Below are positions 50,540 to 64,000 of a stretch of DNA of 64,000 nt, in pieces. The notes beneath the pieces were generated by a model. It saw only the letters and a list, made by a program, of their open reading frames with translations. It was not told the DNA's origin and ran no database searches. The DNA comes from Hypanus sabinus (lineage: Eukaryota): positions 28,830,001-28,894,000 of the forward strand of contig NC_082733.1 in assembly GCF_030144855.1 (NCBI RefSeq). The letters are read 5' to 3'. Position numbers and translations under genes: made by a program. Every line of letters starts with the position of its first letter. Within the stretch, counting starts at the first letter, position 1.

Positions 50540-50942
50540 CTGATCTCCTTCACCACTCCCCAATCCTGTTTCCATCTCTCCCCTTATCTCCTTACCTGCC
50601 CATCACCTCCCTCTGGTGCTCCTCCCCCTTCTCTTTCCTCCATGGTATTACCCTCGTCTATCAGATCCCCACTTTACCTCTTTCACCAACCATCTTCCCA
50701 GCTCTTTACTTCACCCCCTCCCAGTCCCCCGGTTTCACCTATCACCTACTACATTGTACTACTTCTTCACCTCTCCCACCTTCGAACTCTGACTTCTCTT
50801 CATTTCCATCCTGGCGAAGTGTCTCGGCCCAAAACGCCGACTGTTTACTCTTTTCCATAGATGCCGCCTGACCTGCCGAGTAACTCCAGCATTTTGTGTG
50901 TGTTGCTTTGAATTTACAGCATCTGCAGACTTTCTCGTGTTG
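50540..50942 (+). mobile_element. Penelope-like element 3' tail
   Basis: Pyrimidine-rich tail and terminal sequence ...GTCTCGGCCCAAAACGCCGACTG...CCAGCATTTTGTGTG...CAGCATCTGCAG. Confidence 0.7.
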
Positions 50943-51517
50943 GTGAAATTGATTCCTATCGCTCTACTGAATCTATAAAACTAAGCAAGTTACTTCTATT
51001 TGAAATCTAACATTTGGGTCTTGGATGTTGAACTTAAAGAAAAGCAATCGCTTTTTGCAATTACTTGGAACAGTAGAAAACAAACAGCTTCCTCTAGCAG
51101 TTGGTTTCACATTGCTACAGATTGCTGCATCTGATGTCTCTTGTGCCTCCCCTTGCTTGTCTGAGTGGTGAGCCTTGGTTGTGCAAGCTCTGTGAGCACT
51201 GAATGAAAATCGGGACACTGAGATCGACTGATTTATTTATTCACTGAGATACCACACCTTCCACCCTTTGAGCTGTGCTGCCCAGCAAGCAATCCCCCGA
51301 TTTAACCCTAGCCTCACCATGGGACAATTTACATTGACCAGTTAACTTAGCAACCAGTACACCTTTGGACTGTGGGAGGAAACCGGAGCACCTAGAGGAA
51401 ACCCACTTGGCCACATGGAGAACATACAACCTCCTTGGGGGCAGTGGGTGGGAATAACTATTTCTATCTTGACTGCCGGTGCTGGGGGTTATCTACTCAT
51501 TACAGTACCTAAGCATG

Positions 51518-52139
51518 TGTAATACCCTGGTTTGTATTTTTTACTGTTATGCTGTTCTGTACTTCATTTTGTGCTCTTCTGTGCAAGTTGCTTGTTTCTC
51601 TGCTTGTGTTTTGGGTTACTGTTGAAGATCCGAGATAGGAGGATCGTGTGCCTTCCGATTAGGATGGTCAGATTAACAGGAGGTTTATTTGGTGAGGGGC
51701 ACTAAGGCTGGGCCTGGGGCTCTTGTTAGAGAGAGAGAGAGAATATGAGGGGAAAAGATGCCAGAGAGAAGAGGCCGTAGGATTCGACACTGAGCAGGGC
51801 TGTGATTCAACGAAGCCTGGGGTGAGATCGATGGAGGATTGGTGACGGGGAAACTGTGAGCTCCAATTTGTGCACATCAGGCTGCCTCATGAAAATGGAC
51901 CCTTTTCTTTTGTTCTTTCTTCACTAATCCTTCAGTCAAATTAAGAATTATAAAGCTAAATCCTTTAATTGTATGCAGTGTACAGTCTGTTATTCCGTGG
52001 CACTCGTTTGTAACGGTAAAAGCATTACTCAGCATCCACACAAACAGGGGGTTTTGGGGTGGGGGGCTCGTGCCTCAATCTCACACGCTCGGCGGGCCGG
52101 AGATTGCCTTCCCAGCCAAGGAAACCAGAGTGTTTCACA
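51518..52139 (+). mobile_element. Possible solo LTR
   Basis: TGTAAT...TTTCACA termini and LTR-like composition; no convincing TSD. Confidence 0.35.
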
Positions 52140-55100
52140 TCTACATCCAAGTGATTGCTCCCGCCCATGTACATAATCCCTTCTGGATCCGTGCCAAGGA
52201 AGGTTTCAGAAGTTATACTCTCAGTCATATTGACATAATTTAATTGTACATCTTACACCGTGTCATAAATTCAAGAGTTGGTGAACTGTTCTGTAAGGGA
52301 TTTTTTTTAACTGAACTTTGAAAGTTATAAGGCAGTATGTAAATAAGCAGCCCCATATTAAGGATCTAAAACATCTGATAGCCAGATTATGTTGACTGCC
52401 ATAATCAGATAAGGCAACCTAGGGAAGGATTAAAAAGATAACACAAAATAAATCAAAGTTGTCAATACATTTTGCTCGCCTTATTTATTCTGGGTTCGTC
52501 TGGTCTCAGTTTAATAATTTGGCAACTTTAACTTTATAATGCAATGACTGGAAAGTTTCATTGCTTTATGAAAGTGGGAAACAGGGCAATGCTGGGCATC
52601 TGGAGTTAAGTAATCAGAATCAGATGTGATATTACTGGTGAATGTTGTGAAATTCATTAACTTTGCGGCAGCAGTACATTGCAATACATGACAAAAGAGA
52701 AAAAGAACTGTGAACTGTGTGTGTGTATATAATTGTTTAATTCAATAATTCAAGCAAAAAACAGAAATTAAAAAAGTAATGAGTTAGTGTTCATGCGTTC
52801 AATGTCCATTTAGGAATCAGATGGCAGAGGAGAAGAAGCTGTTCCTGAATCGCTGAGGTATTCCTTCAGGCTTCTGTATCTCCTCTCTGGCGGTAACAAT
52901 GAGAGAAGGGTATGGCATGGGTGACGGGGATCCTTAATGACAGACGCTACCTTTTTCAGGCATTGCTCTTTCAAAATATCCTGGACACTGGGGAGGCTAG
53001 TACCCATGATGGAACTCACTGTTAATTAATCCACTTGCCCTGGTCTCTTCCCTTCCCGAGCATCACCTTTATTCTATCCATTTCACGCACCTTCTCCACA
53101 GCTTAAAATAATCTTTTTATCTTTTTTTCCCTTCAGTTCTGATGGAAGCTCCCTGATCTAAAGTAATAATTCAGTTGTAATCTCACTGAGTGGCAGAACA
53201 AACTAAGAGGCAAAACAAGTACCTCCCATTCTCAGCAGCATGTACAGAAACTTATTCTTGACTGCTTTTGGGGGCACATTAAATAGCACGAGAGAAAGCT
53301 CACAATGCCTCTACTTCCTTAGGAGGCTAAAGACATTTGGCATAAGCCTGTTGACCCTTACTGATTTTTATCGATGCACCATAGAAAGCATCCTATCTGA
53401 ATGCATGAAGGCTCGGTACTACAGCTCCTCTGTTTGTGACCATAAGAAAGTGCAGAGTTTTGGACCCATCACAGAAACCAGCCTCCCTGACGATACTTCT
53501 TGCTGCCTCAGTGAAGCAGTCAAAGACGCCGTCCTTCCTGGCATTCTCTGTTACACTTTATTCTGCATTCTGTTATTGTTTTGCTTTGCTCCAGCTCTTT
53601 CTTTCTCAATCTTTTTATTATTATTAATAATATGAACAAAATACAAATGATATATTAATAAAGAAATTACAAACATACAAATTCCCATTACAGATGAAAA
53701 AATACATAAGCAATGGTTACAGTATAAATGAGTTTACCAAAACATGAACCATACAGTATATGTATGAACATGGTAAGTCTAGATATTTTGTAATATATTA
53801 TATAAAAAAAAGAAAAAAGAAAAAAAATATATATAATGCAAAATTAACTACCCTACTAATCTAATAACTAATAAAGAAGAAGAGACAAAAAAAGAAAGAA
53901 AAAAAAACTAGAAGAGAAAAAAAAGGGCTGTTTATAATATCTCACAAGAATACATAATCATCAATGTCGTCACCTCCGGTCCTCTCAACATACATAAGCT
54001 AAAAGCTGGAAAGTCAAATGAACTTGGAACAGGGTCATATTATATCATATGAAACTTGCTCCAGCTCTATGTGTGATGAACCGTGGAATGAACTGTGCAA
54101 TGAACCAATCTTTATGAACGTTATGCCTGACAAGTTTTTCACTGTATCTTGATACACACGTCGATATCAAAACCAATATTCCAATACATCGTACACTATG
54201 CAGGCATCTTTCGAAGTTCTAAAACTTCAAAGCTCATTTATTATCAAAGTATGTATGAATTACACGACCTTGAGATTTGCCTCCTTACAGGCAGTCACAG
54301 AGCAATTAACCCGAAAGAACCCATTAAAAGAAAGATCAAAACCCAATGCGCAGAAAAAGAGAGGAGAAACGATACAAATCATGCAAACAACAGAAGCAGG
54401 CAACATCATTCTGAACCAAATTGTTTCAGTTCCCTGGAGCAGCTGGAGTAGGCCCAAGCCTTGGTCTCAGTTCATCATAGAGCGAGGCAAGTCGTCGCAA
54501 AGTTCGCAGACAAGCAGCACGGCAACCGGAGCAGTAAACCGCCTCAGCGCCGCGGAGAATGAACACGGCGGGATAGTGAGCAATATCGCCCCGGCCCCCA
54601 ACCTCCAGTCCCAACATTCTGCCTTTCCAATTACTCTGGCCTGACATTTAAATTGTCCAAATACCGGATCATGCCTCACTCTAAGAACCCGAGCCCTGGC
54701 GCAGTGATACACTCTGGGCCGAGGCCTCGCCGCCCTGTCCAAAGCTGTCCGCGACCTCTCCAAGTCGCTCGGCGCTTGGAGCAATCCGGTGATTAATGGG
54801 AACATCGGTGTCCGCAGTTCTCTTTGCCTTCCATCTACTTGCATATGCCCATTCCTAACTATGTTCCTAGCTTTAACTTTTGACACACATGCCTTAGCGG
54901 TTTCCATAGGCATCAAAGTTATATTAACATTATTTTGGGATGAAGTTTGAGGTGTGTGGCTGGTTTCTGTGTGGAAAATTCTGTGAGGGTTGAGAAATGA
55001 TTCAGACACTGAAATGTTTGTTCATTTCCATTGAGAACGCTAATGTCAATAAGGTTGTGTAAACGAGCTGATAGTATTGCAATAGATAATTATTCCATCA

Positions 55101-55898
55101 TGGAAGCACAGGACAAATATGAGATAATAATTGTGCAAATAAAGGCAAAAAATACTATAAAAACCAGCAGCTCTACTGGCTTCTGAAAATACAATGCACA
55201 TTTCATGGTTCAAAGCAACACACACAAAAGCTGGAACATTTTGTGTGCGTTGCTTTGGATTTCCGGCATCCTCATGTTTACTATCTGCTGCTCCGCTCTG
55301 AAGTCTCCTCGAGGGATGCCTACTCTGCAGGAGTTTAAATCTCTTTGTTGGGAGTTCAGAGACACCCTCTCTCACTGCTGCCCCTCTGTGATCTCTGCTG
55401 CCCTCCATCTCTTCGACCACGTACTCACCCAGACTCGCTACCACAGTCACATATCCTTTCCTGCCCACATGACTTCACCTATCACTTTCCAGCTCTCACA
55501 TTTTTTATTCTGACATCTTCCCCCTGTCCTTCCTGGTCCTGAAGAAGGGTATCGGTCCAAAGTGTTGTTCATTTCCTTTAATACTGGTGTGTGTGTGTGT
55601 GTGTGTGTTGCTTCCATTTCTACATGCTGCCTGACCTGCAGGCAAGGTCATTTGATTCCAAACAATTGGTTTACTGATTGTCACAGAATGCCTCTCTGGT
55701 GCTTCTCGCTCCCCAGCCTCCCCCATCACCTTTTCCCAACTGTGATTCCCCTCTCCATGCCCGCTTTCCCACTCTCAGTCCACAATAGAGGCCCATATCA
55801 GAATCAGGTTTATCATCACATCTGTCATGAAGTTTGGTTTTTTTTGTGTGGCCACAATACAGTGCAATACATAAAATTACCACATATATATGTAGGTA

Positions 55899-55903
<5 letters not shown>

Positions 55904-55929
<26 letters not shown>
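55904..55929. repeat. (TA)n microsatellite
   Basis: Direct observation. Other microsatellites: (GA)n at about 303-323 and 47320-47342, (TG)n at about 55588-55607. Confidence 0.9.
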
Positions 55930-56439
55930 GTGCCTAAGACTTGTGCACAGTGCTGTGTCTATCTATCTACTTACTATCTACTACTATCTATCTACTTATA
56001 TATTTCTTTATTATTTATCTGTCAATCAATCTATTTGTTATTGCAAGTTATAGTAATTTGTACTGTACTGCTACCACAAAACAAGAAATTTCACAACAAA
56101 TGCCAGCGACGATAACCTGATTCTGATTTTGAGGTTGGATCGAGAAGGATTGGTTGGAGAGAAGTACCTGTTCTTGAAGTAGACCACTATTGAAAAGTAC
56201 TTTCCTTGCTAAAGACCCCATTGCACGCAGCGGATTTGAAAGGTATTTCATAAAAGCAGATTGGGCATTTTTTGTCATTCTGATGTCACTGAGCTTATTG
56301 ATCATTGATGATCACTCCAGAATTATCCTCTTTAAATAAATCTCAAAATCACATCGACAATAGACTGATTTGAGAAGTGCCGAAAGTGTGAAAATTACCT
56401 CATTGATTTAACTCGCTCAAAAGCTGATTGACCACCTTT

Positions 56440-56703
56440 TTATGTTCGTTCGCCGTTCCTGAGAGAAACCGCGGCGTTACCGCTAGGTGGCGCTGGTCCG
56501 CGAACTCCGGCGGCGGCGGAGGCGATTTGCAGCTTGGCCGGTGGCGGCGCTGCGCATGGAGGTCCACCGGCACTGCGACACCAGGCGGCTCCGACCCGGG
56601 AGGATGGACGAGGAATGTGGCCCCTCTTGTGTTTATCTCGTTGGCGTTGAGAGCGGAAGTGCATAAAGAGCCCGGAAGAGAGTGAGAGAGGTGCAGTGCG
56701 TGG
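56440..56703 (+). promoter_or_regulatory. DPP8: CpG-island promoter and probable non-coding first exon of DPP8
   Basis: Dense CpG/GC region with ETS motifs CGGAAGT (56654-56660) and CCGGAAG (56672-56678), a CTCF-like CCGCTAGGTGGCGC (56480-56493), and candidate donor TGG|gtgagg at 56703/56704, 1.5 kb upstream of the DPP8 ATG exon. Confidence 0.7.
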
Positions 56704-58232
56704 GTGAGGATTGAATAAATGTTGTTTGTAATTGTTCTTTTACTTTGTTTATTTAGAGGCTGGAACACGCTTAATAAAGTGTTGGATCCGTTGTGTTTTG
56801 TGACACGAAACAGTGCAGTCCTCAGAGTGCACCACATTCTATCCTTGCAAGTTAAAGCGGGTTGTATTTATTTACCAACAAGAGAAAATGCAGATGCTGG
56901 AAATCGAAAGCAACACATACAAAATGCTGGAGGCAGGCAGCATCTATGGAAACGAGTACAGTTGGGCCCGAAACGTTGATTCTACTCTTTTCCATGGAAG
57001 CTGCCCGGCCTGCTAAGTTCCCCCAGCATTTTGTGTGCGTTGCTCGTATATATTTACCACTTTGCACGGTCCTCAGTGGAAATAATTTCGGAATACTACC
57101 GCCCAGGGATAGTCTCAATATGTTCTCTTTGGTTGGCTTTTTGGAAACATCCGGCTAACGTGCCACGGCCACACACTGCAGATGCTGGTAGTGCGAAATA
57201 AATTCACTGCTTTCTCCCAATCGTGACATTTAACTCATGAACTGAATCCTGAGGTTTTTGTTTGACGCAATTTGAGCCTTCCCTCAAAGTCAGCTCTTCA
57301 AACTCGGTCTTTTATTGAATTGCCTCTCTTGTTCTTTGTAGATCATATGTCAATCGCTTTTAAATGGCACATTTTGTCCAGGCTTCATTTTTAACATGGT
57401 TATCTAGCTTGTTATTAATAATTTCCCGGTAAAACTTCGAAATCAGTTTTTCCCCTTGTCTTTGCATTTGTGTTATTGTGTTGTTCCCAATAAATAACCA
57501 AAGAATCGCAGAACTTGATCCTTACACCTGTCTATTTTAGCCCAGCAAAATCGGACCGTGATTGCTTTGTCTGGAGCTGTTTCTGGACGGCACATTGCGT
57601 CAGTTTTTGTCTCAGCGCATTTGTTAATTTGTATTTTAATTGGTAAGGAAAACATGCAACGTTATGACTTTTTTTTATACCTTGTGATGTCACTGAATGC
57701 TTTAGAACAAATGAGCATTTGAGGTGTACCTACTATAATGTACACTGTATCTATTAATCTGGTTAAAAAATCGAATGGGGTTTTGAATGTATTTTTTTCT
57801 GATCGGTTGGTTTGCCAGAGTGAAAACAGCACTAGCTTTTCTAGTTCCACTGAATGAGAATTGAATTTAGACTAAAGTTATTAATTTAACCTGAACGGAT
57901 GAGGTGTAAGTGTTGAGCTCTTAGTCGCAGGGCAAGTAAAAATCAAAAGGAACAAATCCTCCTTGGATCATCTGGAGTTGCCTTCCTGTTCCTAATTCCA
58001 CACGTCCTTCAGCCTCTGTATTTCCGATCCAGACAAAAGCTCAAAATGAGATTGGCTAATGTCATGAACCTGTGGGATGGTGTTTTCTGGGCTCGGTTTA
58101 CTTCGGGCTGTGTGTGGAGTGAAGAGGATGCTGGACATCAGGCACTGCTGAGGTAGCACACACTTCATTCGTTGCACTGCTGCAGGTTGGTCTTTCATTT
58201 TCTTGGTCCTTGTCTCTTCAGGAGGGGAGGTG

Positions 58233-58476
58233 ATGGCTGCAGCAATGGAAACCGAGCAACCAAACATTGAGGTTTTTGAAACCGCTGCTGTGGAAATTGA
58301 GGAGTCTGAGCCATTTGAGCCGTACTACGTGGAGAGGTACTCCTGGAGCCGCCTACGCAAGCTGATCACCGACAGGAAGATGCATGGGCACATGATGGCC
58401 AAGACTCCTCATGACTTCTGTTTTGTAAAGAAAAATGACCCAGAGGGGCTTTATTCAGATAGGCTCTATTATCTGG
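58233..58476 (+). CDS. DPP8: Dipeptidyl peptidase 8, first coding exon
   Basis: Acceptor ctcttcag| at 58221/58222, ATG at 58233, donor CTGG|gtgagt. MAAAMETEQ...EPYYVERYSWSRLRKLI...MMAKTPHDFCFVKKNDPEGLYSDRLYYL matches the DPP8 N-terminus. No further exons recognised in the window. Confidence 0.95.
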
Positions 58477-59116
58477 GTGAGTAGCTTCTGTTTCTCAATA
58501 ATACCAATCAATTATAATTGCATTGTTTCTCCCGCGGCTGGTGGTCACATTATAATCATCTAGTTCAATCTGTTGACACTCACACATAAAGTCTTAGGAA
58601 AAACTTCCTGTCCACCATTAGATTTTTGAATGGTCCATGAACACTACCTTGCCATTTTGCTCTTTTTTTTTGTCCCGGTAACTATCTTATTGTAACTTAA
58701 CAGTAATTTTGTATCCTTTGCACTGACCTGCTGCTGCAAAACAAACAAATCTCACAACGTATGCAAATGATAATAAACCTGGTTCTGATGTCTCGACATA
58801 TCCCCTGTGTGTAACAGTGACTTTAGTTTAACAGCCCGTTCCACTGAGCTGTCTTTTTACTTGGAATTAGTAGGACATTTCTATGACTGTTGTTTGTGAT
58901 GATTACAACAGATATTTTTGGTTTGGGATTACATCAATAAGTTACATACTAATTCCTTAATAATCTGCAGCATGTTATTATTTATGTACTTTCCTGTTAG
59001 TTTTCCTGTTAGTTCTGTCCCTCACCAGCATCAATTTTGACCCTAGGCGTTGGTTGTTGGTGAAGTTTTTGACCGTTAGGGCTCATGTTTCTGAAGATGG
59101 ATGGATATGCACAGCG

Positions 59117-59330
59117 CAAGACACACAAAAGGCTGGAGGAACTCAGCCTGTCAAGTAACATCTATGAAGGGGAATAAACTGCAACGTTCTGAGCCGAGAA
59201 CCTTCATCACGTCTCGGCCTAAAACGTCACCGGTTTATTTCCCTCCATAGATGCTGCCTGGCTTGTTGAGTTTCTCCAGCATTTTGTGTGTGCTGCTCGA
59301 GATTTCCAGCATCTGCACAATCTCTTGTGA
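59117..59330. repeat. Palindrome of inverted PLE termini in a DPP8 intron
   Basis: CACACAAAAGGCTGGAGGAACTCA... / ...TTGAGTTTCTCCAGCATTTTGTGTG. Similar structure at 56881-57046. Confidence 0.75.
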
Positions 59331-60879
59331 CTAGATACACAGAGATCCAATATGGATATATGAGGTGAATGCTCTCTTATTTATTGGCAATACCACATAC
59401 CCAGGTCACAGTGAATCTACTCTTTGTCTACTGGGAATCTTGCTGGACATTAATTAGAATATTGGATTTTTAACTTGTCTTTTTCTTTCTGTTTTTCTCC
59501 AATCTTTTGCTTTCATTTGAGTTCCCTCTTGTATGCCCACCAACATAAAAGTTTAGGTTGTCGTATTGTAGGGAGGAGCCTGCTTCTTGAGAAGGTCCAG
59601 AGGAAATTTCTCAGTGTGTTATCAGGCACAGAGAGTGGGAGTTGCTTTAGTTATAAGATTTGTGTGGGACAGAAGAGGAGCGTTTTGGAAAATTCTTTGA
59701 GACCCTCAGGGACTGTTGACATGGAATTCGATGGAGAGCTTAGTGAAAGCTGAGCTAAGGAATGTATCGAACCTCATTTCTGTTTAATGCATTTCAAACA
59801 GATGTTATAACTTACTGCCTGTTACACCACTGGCATTTAGGGCAGCAATAAAGGTCCTCTATCTCTGGTGGTGATCAGGGCTTCTTTCATCGTGTCAGTA
59901 GCTTCCTCACGGCAAGTCCAATGTGGAAACTCAGGGATACTGTCACACTCAGATATAGGATTCTTTGCTGTTTCCATAACAATTTTGTCTTACCAATCAG
60001 GGTTCTTAGCCCTGAGCTAAACCCCCAAACCTGGAGAAATGGTGGATCACTTTTAGTCTGACCTCTACCCTTTGACCTGTTTAGCATGGGTGACCCTACC
60101 AAGAGCCAAAGCACAAGGCCCTAACTCCAGCCAAATAAGCCCTCTGGGTCATTGAGGCACGCAAGCCTTCAAACCACAGCAAGGTTGTGGTTCTCTTAGA
60201 GGAAAAGTTGTAAACTCATTTATAAAATCATTTAAACTAATTAACCATATTTCAAATATGTTTGCTGCTTTAAAATGTTTCAGAAATAAGATATTTCTGT
60301 ACAAACAAGGCAAAGAAAATGTAAGAATAAAAGGTAAAAGTATAATAACTAATACAAATGTTATCCAATAGATGGTTAAAATGACATGAAGAAGTATTTT
60401 TAAACATTTTATTTCAACATTATCACAGTGATTACCATTCAGAAGTCATTCATTGGTGATAAAGCACATTGAAACATCCTTATATCTTCAAAGGCACTCT
60501 ATACAGCTTTCTTTGAAAAAGGCAAATATTACCTTCTGTTCACTGACGTATGGCATCTTTTGAGTTGCTATCGATCCTTTTTAGTAAGCTTTTAAAGTGG
60601 CATTGTGAGAGTTCAGATTCAGCTGAAAACAAAACTTTGAAAATACAAAGCTGATGTCTTTGAAAATTTATTGCAAAAACTCTGGCAAAAATTTTATTTA
60701 CATTGCCTTGGCTATAAGTGACTCCAGTTCTAACGATAGTAGAGTTTACACTTTACTTCACTGTGAAATTTTGCTTGGTTTTTAACAAATTTGAGAGCAA
60801 ATAATCCTCAGCCTACACTGCCTCTAGCAAACGCTCAATATTTTAAAAGTAAAGAAAAACATTTGCATTTGTGAGCCTT

Positions 60880-61840
60880 CGCAGACCCAAAAAATAACCT
60901 ATCAACTCATGCCAAATAACACATAAAACCTAAAATAACAGTAACATATAGTAAAAGCAGGAATGATCTAATAAATACACAGCCTATGTAAAGTAGGAAT
61001 ACTTTTCTGCAATTATTGCAGCACTGTCCACTGTAGCAAAAATCTCACGCAAGCACTCTCGGCAGAAATACGGTGCAAGCACTCTCGGCAGAAGCACTCT
61101 CCAGTAACCTTTAAGCTATGAAGCTGCCAAATCATACCAAATAACACAAAAAATACACAGCCTATATAAAGTAGAAATAATGTACGTCCAGTGTAGTTTC
61201 ACTTACCGGAATCGGGAAGACAGTGAGGACACTGATGATGGTGTGTTAGGCTGAGTTGTCAGAGGTTGGGGTGATGGGACATTGGGGTGTCGTCTCATCG
61301 TCATCTGTTTCCATCAGGGCAGGCAGGTCACCTTCTTCTATGTCTGCCTGCCTCGATGTTGAACGTCGAGTTTTGTTGTCTGCTGTGGCTGATCTGGAAA
61401 GCTTGAAAAACGACAGTATGCTTGACTGCTTAGCCTCATGCATTTTTCTATCATACAGTTCTTTGTAAGCACTCAAACCATCCTGCAAATATGCCATAAA
61501 CCTATGTACCATTTCAAAATTAAATTCGTACTTTTCTGCAATCATTGCAGCATTGTCAATCGCAGCAAAAATCTCATGATCGAAACGCTTAATTATGTCT
61601 AGTTTTACGCTGTGTAACACCCTTACAAGCTCTTTTAGGCTTTTCCGATACCTTAGAACTCATCTTGCTAACGGATGCACAAAATAAATCGACATAAAGC
61701 ACAGATGCTCACAGGCACATGTTTAGGCAATGCCAGCTAGAATGCAATTCCGGGGGAGGAGCTTGGCTGTTCGGTGCGCGCTGCCTTTTTTCATAACAGC
61801 GAGGTGTCGTGAAGCGGATTCGAAAAACAGGGGACACCTG
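60880..61840 (-). mobile_element. Tigger/pogo-like DNA transposon, internally deleted
   Basis: TA-flanked end CAGGTGTCCCC at 61840; HTH-like VKLDIIKRFD fused to a C-terminal remnant (YKELYDRK...QSSILSFFK); internal triple AAGCACTCTC repeat at 61051-61101. Confidence 0.6.
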
Positions 61841-61859
61841 TATTGTAAAACATTCCATA

Positions 61860-63098
61860 TCCTAAGAGCCTTTTATACGTAAAAAGATTTTTCTGCCTCC
61901 CTTTATGCTCTAGAGCAATTCTTAATACCTTTGAAGTATTTTTTTCCTTTTTTACCATCCTATATTAATTGGGTAAAGGTCTGAACTCTGACTTGGCCAT
62001 TCCAAAACACAATTTTTTGTTTTTAAACTGTTCTGTTGTTGATTTACTCTTGTGTTTCATGGTCTTGTTGCATTGTCCAACGTGTATTAAGCTTCAGGTA
62101 ACTGACTGCTACCCTGACATTCTCCTGGAAAATGTCTTGTTGCAATTTTGAATTCATTGTTTCCTCAACGACTGCAAGCTGTCCAGGCCCTGCTCTTTCC
62201 ACCATGCTTCACAGTTGGGATGAGGTTTTGATGTTGGTGTGCAGCGCCCTTTTCCCTCCAAATGTAGCGGTGTGCATTTTTGCCAAAAGTTTTGTCTCAT
62301 CTGTCCACAGAACATTGTCCCAGAGGCATTGTGGAACACCCAGGTGGTCTTTTGCAAACTTGAGATGAGCAGGAATATTTTTCTGGTGAGAAGTGGTTTC
62401 TTCCATGGTGTCCTTCCATGAACACCATTCTTGTTAATGTTTTTCTTACAGTGGACACATGAACAGAGACTTTAGCAAGTTGTAGAGATCGCTGCAGGTC
62501 TTTTGCTGTTACCCATGGGGTCTTTTTCACCTCGTTCAGCATTGCACGTTGCACTCTTGGTGTGATCTTTGCAGGACACCCACTCCGAGGGAGAGTAGCA
62601 ACAGTACTGAATTTCCTCCATTTGTAGACAATTTCTCTTACTGTGGATTGATTCACATTCAGGTTTTTAAAAATGCTTTTATAGCCTTTTCCAGCTTCAT
62701 GCATCTCTGTAGTTCTTCTAAAGTCCTGTGGAAGTTGTTTTGATCGAGGCATGGTGCACACAAACACATATTTCTTGAGAAGACCAGGCTCTGTCAGTAA
62801 CCTGACTTTGTGTGTCTTTTTTATAGGGTAGGGGATCTCCACAATCCACATCTCCAAACTCATTGATTGGAACACCCAACTCCAAATAGCTTTTGTGGAA
62901 GGCATTACCCCAGAGGTTTACATACTTTTTTGAACTTAGACTGTGATTGTTTAAATGGTGTACTCAGTACTTGACGAGAAGTAGTACAACTGTTTGTGTG
63001 TTATTAGTTCAGGCAGATTGTGTTTGTCTATTACTGTGAGTAATTTATGCAGAAAGCTAGGTAATTGCCAAGTGTTTACAAGCATTTTCTTGCAACTG
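61860..63098 (-). mobile_element. Tc1 transposon with frameshifted transposase
   Basis: TA-flanked end CAGTTGCAAGAAAA at 63098; ATG at 62752 begins MPRSKQL...GKGYKSI...STVREIVYKWRKF...LPRSG; WDNVLWTDETK in another frame. Confidence 0.85.
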
Positions 63099-64000
63099 TA
63101 TAACTTGCACACCGTACATAAAGTAATATTACAACAAATTAACAAATAATAAGGTGCATTTATGATGCAAGTTAAAAAGTAAACAGTATAAAACGATACA
63201 TGATGAGACCTGGGTAGTGGCAGAGAGTTCAGTAGTCTCATGGCCTGGGAGAAAAAGCAGTTTCCAATCCTAACAGTCCTTGTCCTAATGTACAGTACCT
63301 CCTGAATGATGGTAGGGGGTAAAAAGAGATTTTTGGATGGATGGCAGGTGTCATTGACAATGCTAAGGGCCCTGGGTGCATAGTGCTCCTGTTAAATATC
63401 TCTGATGGGTGGAAGAGAGACCCCGATGACCCTGTCAGCAGTCCTCGCAATCCTTTGTAGGGACTTGCGGTTAGGTGCCTTGCAATTCCTGTGATGCAGC
63501 TGGTTAGGACACTCTCAGTGGTGCTCCTGTTAAAATTGGTTAGAATGGAGAGGGAGAGTCCTCACTCACCTCAGTCTCCTCAGGAAGTGGAGGCACTTTG
63601 ACAAAGAGGTGGCACTGAGGGACCCAGTGAGATTAACCATGATGTGTACTCCCAGAAACTTGGTGCTCCCTAACTCTCCCCACAGAGGAGCCGTTTACAT
63701 GCAGTGAGGAGTAGGCAGCCTACACCTTCCGAAAGTACCCAACCTGTCTTTGGTCTTGTCCATGCTGAGGCTAAAGGTAGTGCGCTCACAGCATTCTACC
63801 AGCCGCTCAACCTCCTCTGTGTAGTGTCTCATCGTCGCTGTTGTTGATGAGGCCAACCACAGTTATGCTATCAATAAACTTGATGACTTGGTTAAAATGG
63901 TTAACAGAGCCCTCGTGTGTCAGCAGAGTGAACAACAGCAGGCTGAGCACACAGCCCTGTGAACGCCTTTTCATGGCTATTGCTTTTGTAATGCAAGATT

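Noticed and set aside
54149-55009. Overlapping ORFs of 100-180 aa in a CpG-rich stretch
   Set aside because: Largely within what appears to be a LINE-derived non-autonomous repeat resembling about 46880-47480; no recognisable protein domain.
56400-56837. Minus-strand ORF containing VDLHAQRRHR, faintly like HACD3 exon 1 (PHVYWAQRHR)
   Set aside because: Only a few matching residues in GC-rich sequence, with no suitable ATG, no continued similarity and no downstream HACD3 exons recognised.
1-64000. CRISPR arrays, operons or prokaryotic defence systems
   Set aside because: The sequence is intron-containing vertebrate DNA; the recurring motifs are dispersed retroelement ends, not regularly spaced repeat-spacer arrays.

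Overview
This is vertebrate genomic DNA rather than prokaryotic. It is most likely from a cartilaginous fish, probably a ray or skate, judging by the repeat families and the skate-like OSTbeta. Three host genes are supported: (1) the last coding exon of RASL12 (+, 4459-4849); (2) a complete minus-strand SLC51B/OSTbeta coding structure assembled by hand from splice sites and phases (26358-26415, 21055-21426, 19402-19527, 14349-14439, 12152-12422); (3) the CpG-island promoter and first coding exon of DPP8 (+, 58233-58476). The most striking observation is a frame-symmetric 372-nt exon inside SLC51B that encodes a mannose-receptor-type ricin-B/CysR lectin domain. Skipping it gives a 181-aa classical skate-type OSTbeta; including it gives a 305-aa lectin-OSTbeta. 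An intronless, decayed RPS16 retrocopy (16302-16782) sits in the loop between two inverted Penelope-like-element (PLE) termini. The rest of the window is transposon-rich: CR1 and L2 LINE fragments, tRNA- and V-SINEs, PLE fragments and palindromes carrying hammerhead-ribozyme remnants, a decayed chromodomain Gypsy element, a solo LTR, and Tc1, Tigger and hAT remnants. Most ORFs in the supplied track are spurious. Gene identities come from recalled homologue sequences, not database searches, and many repeat boundaries are approximate.
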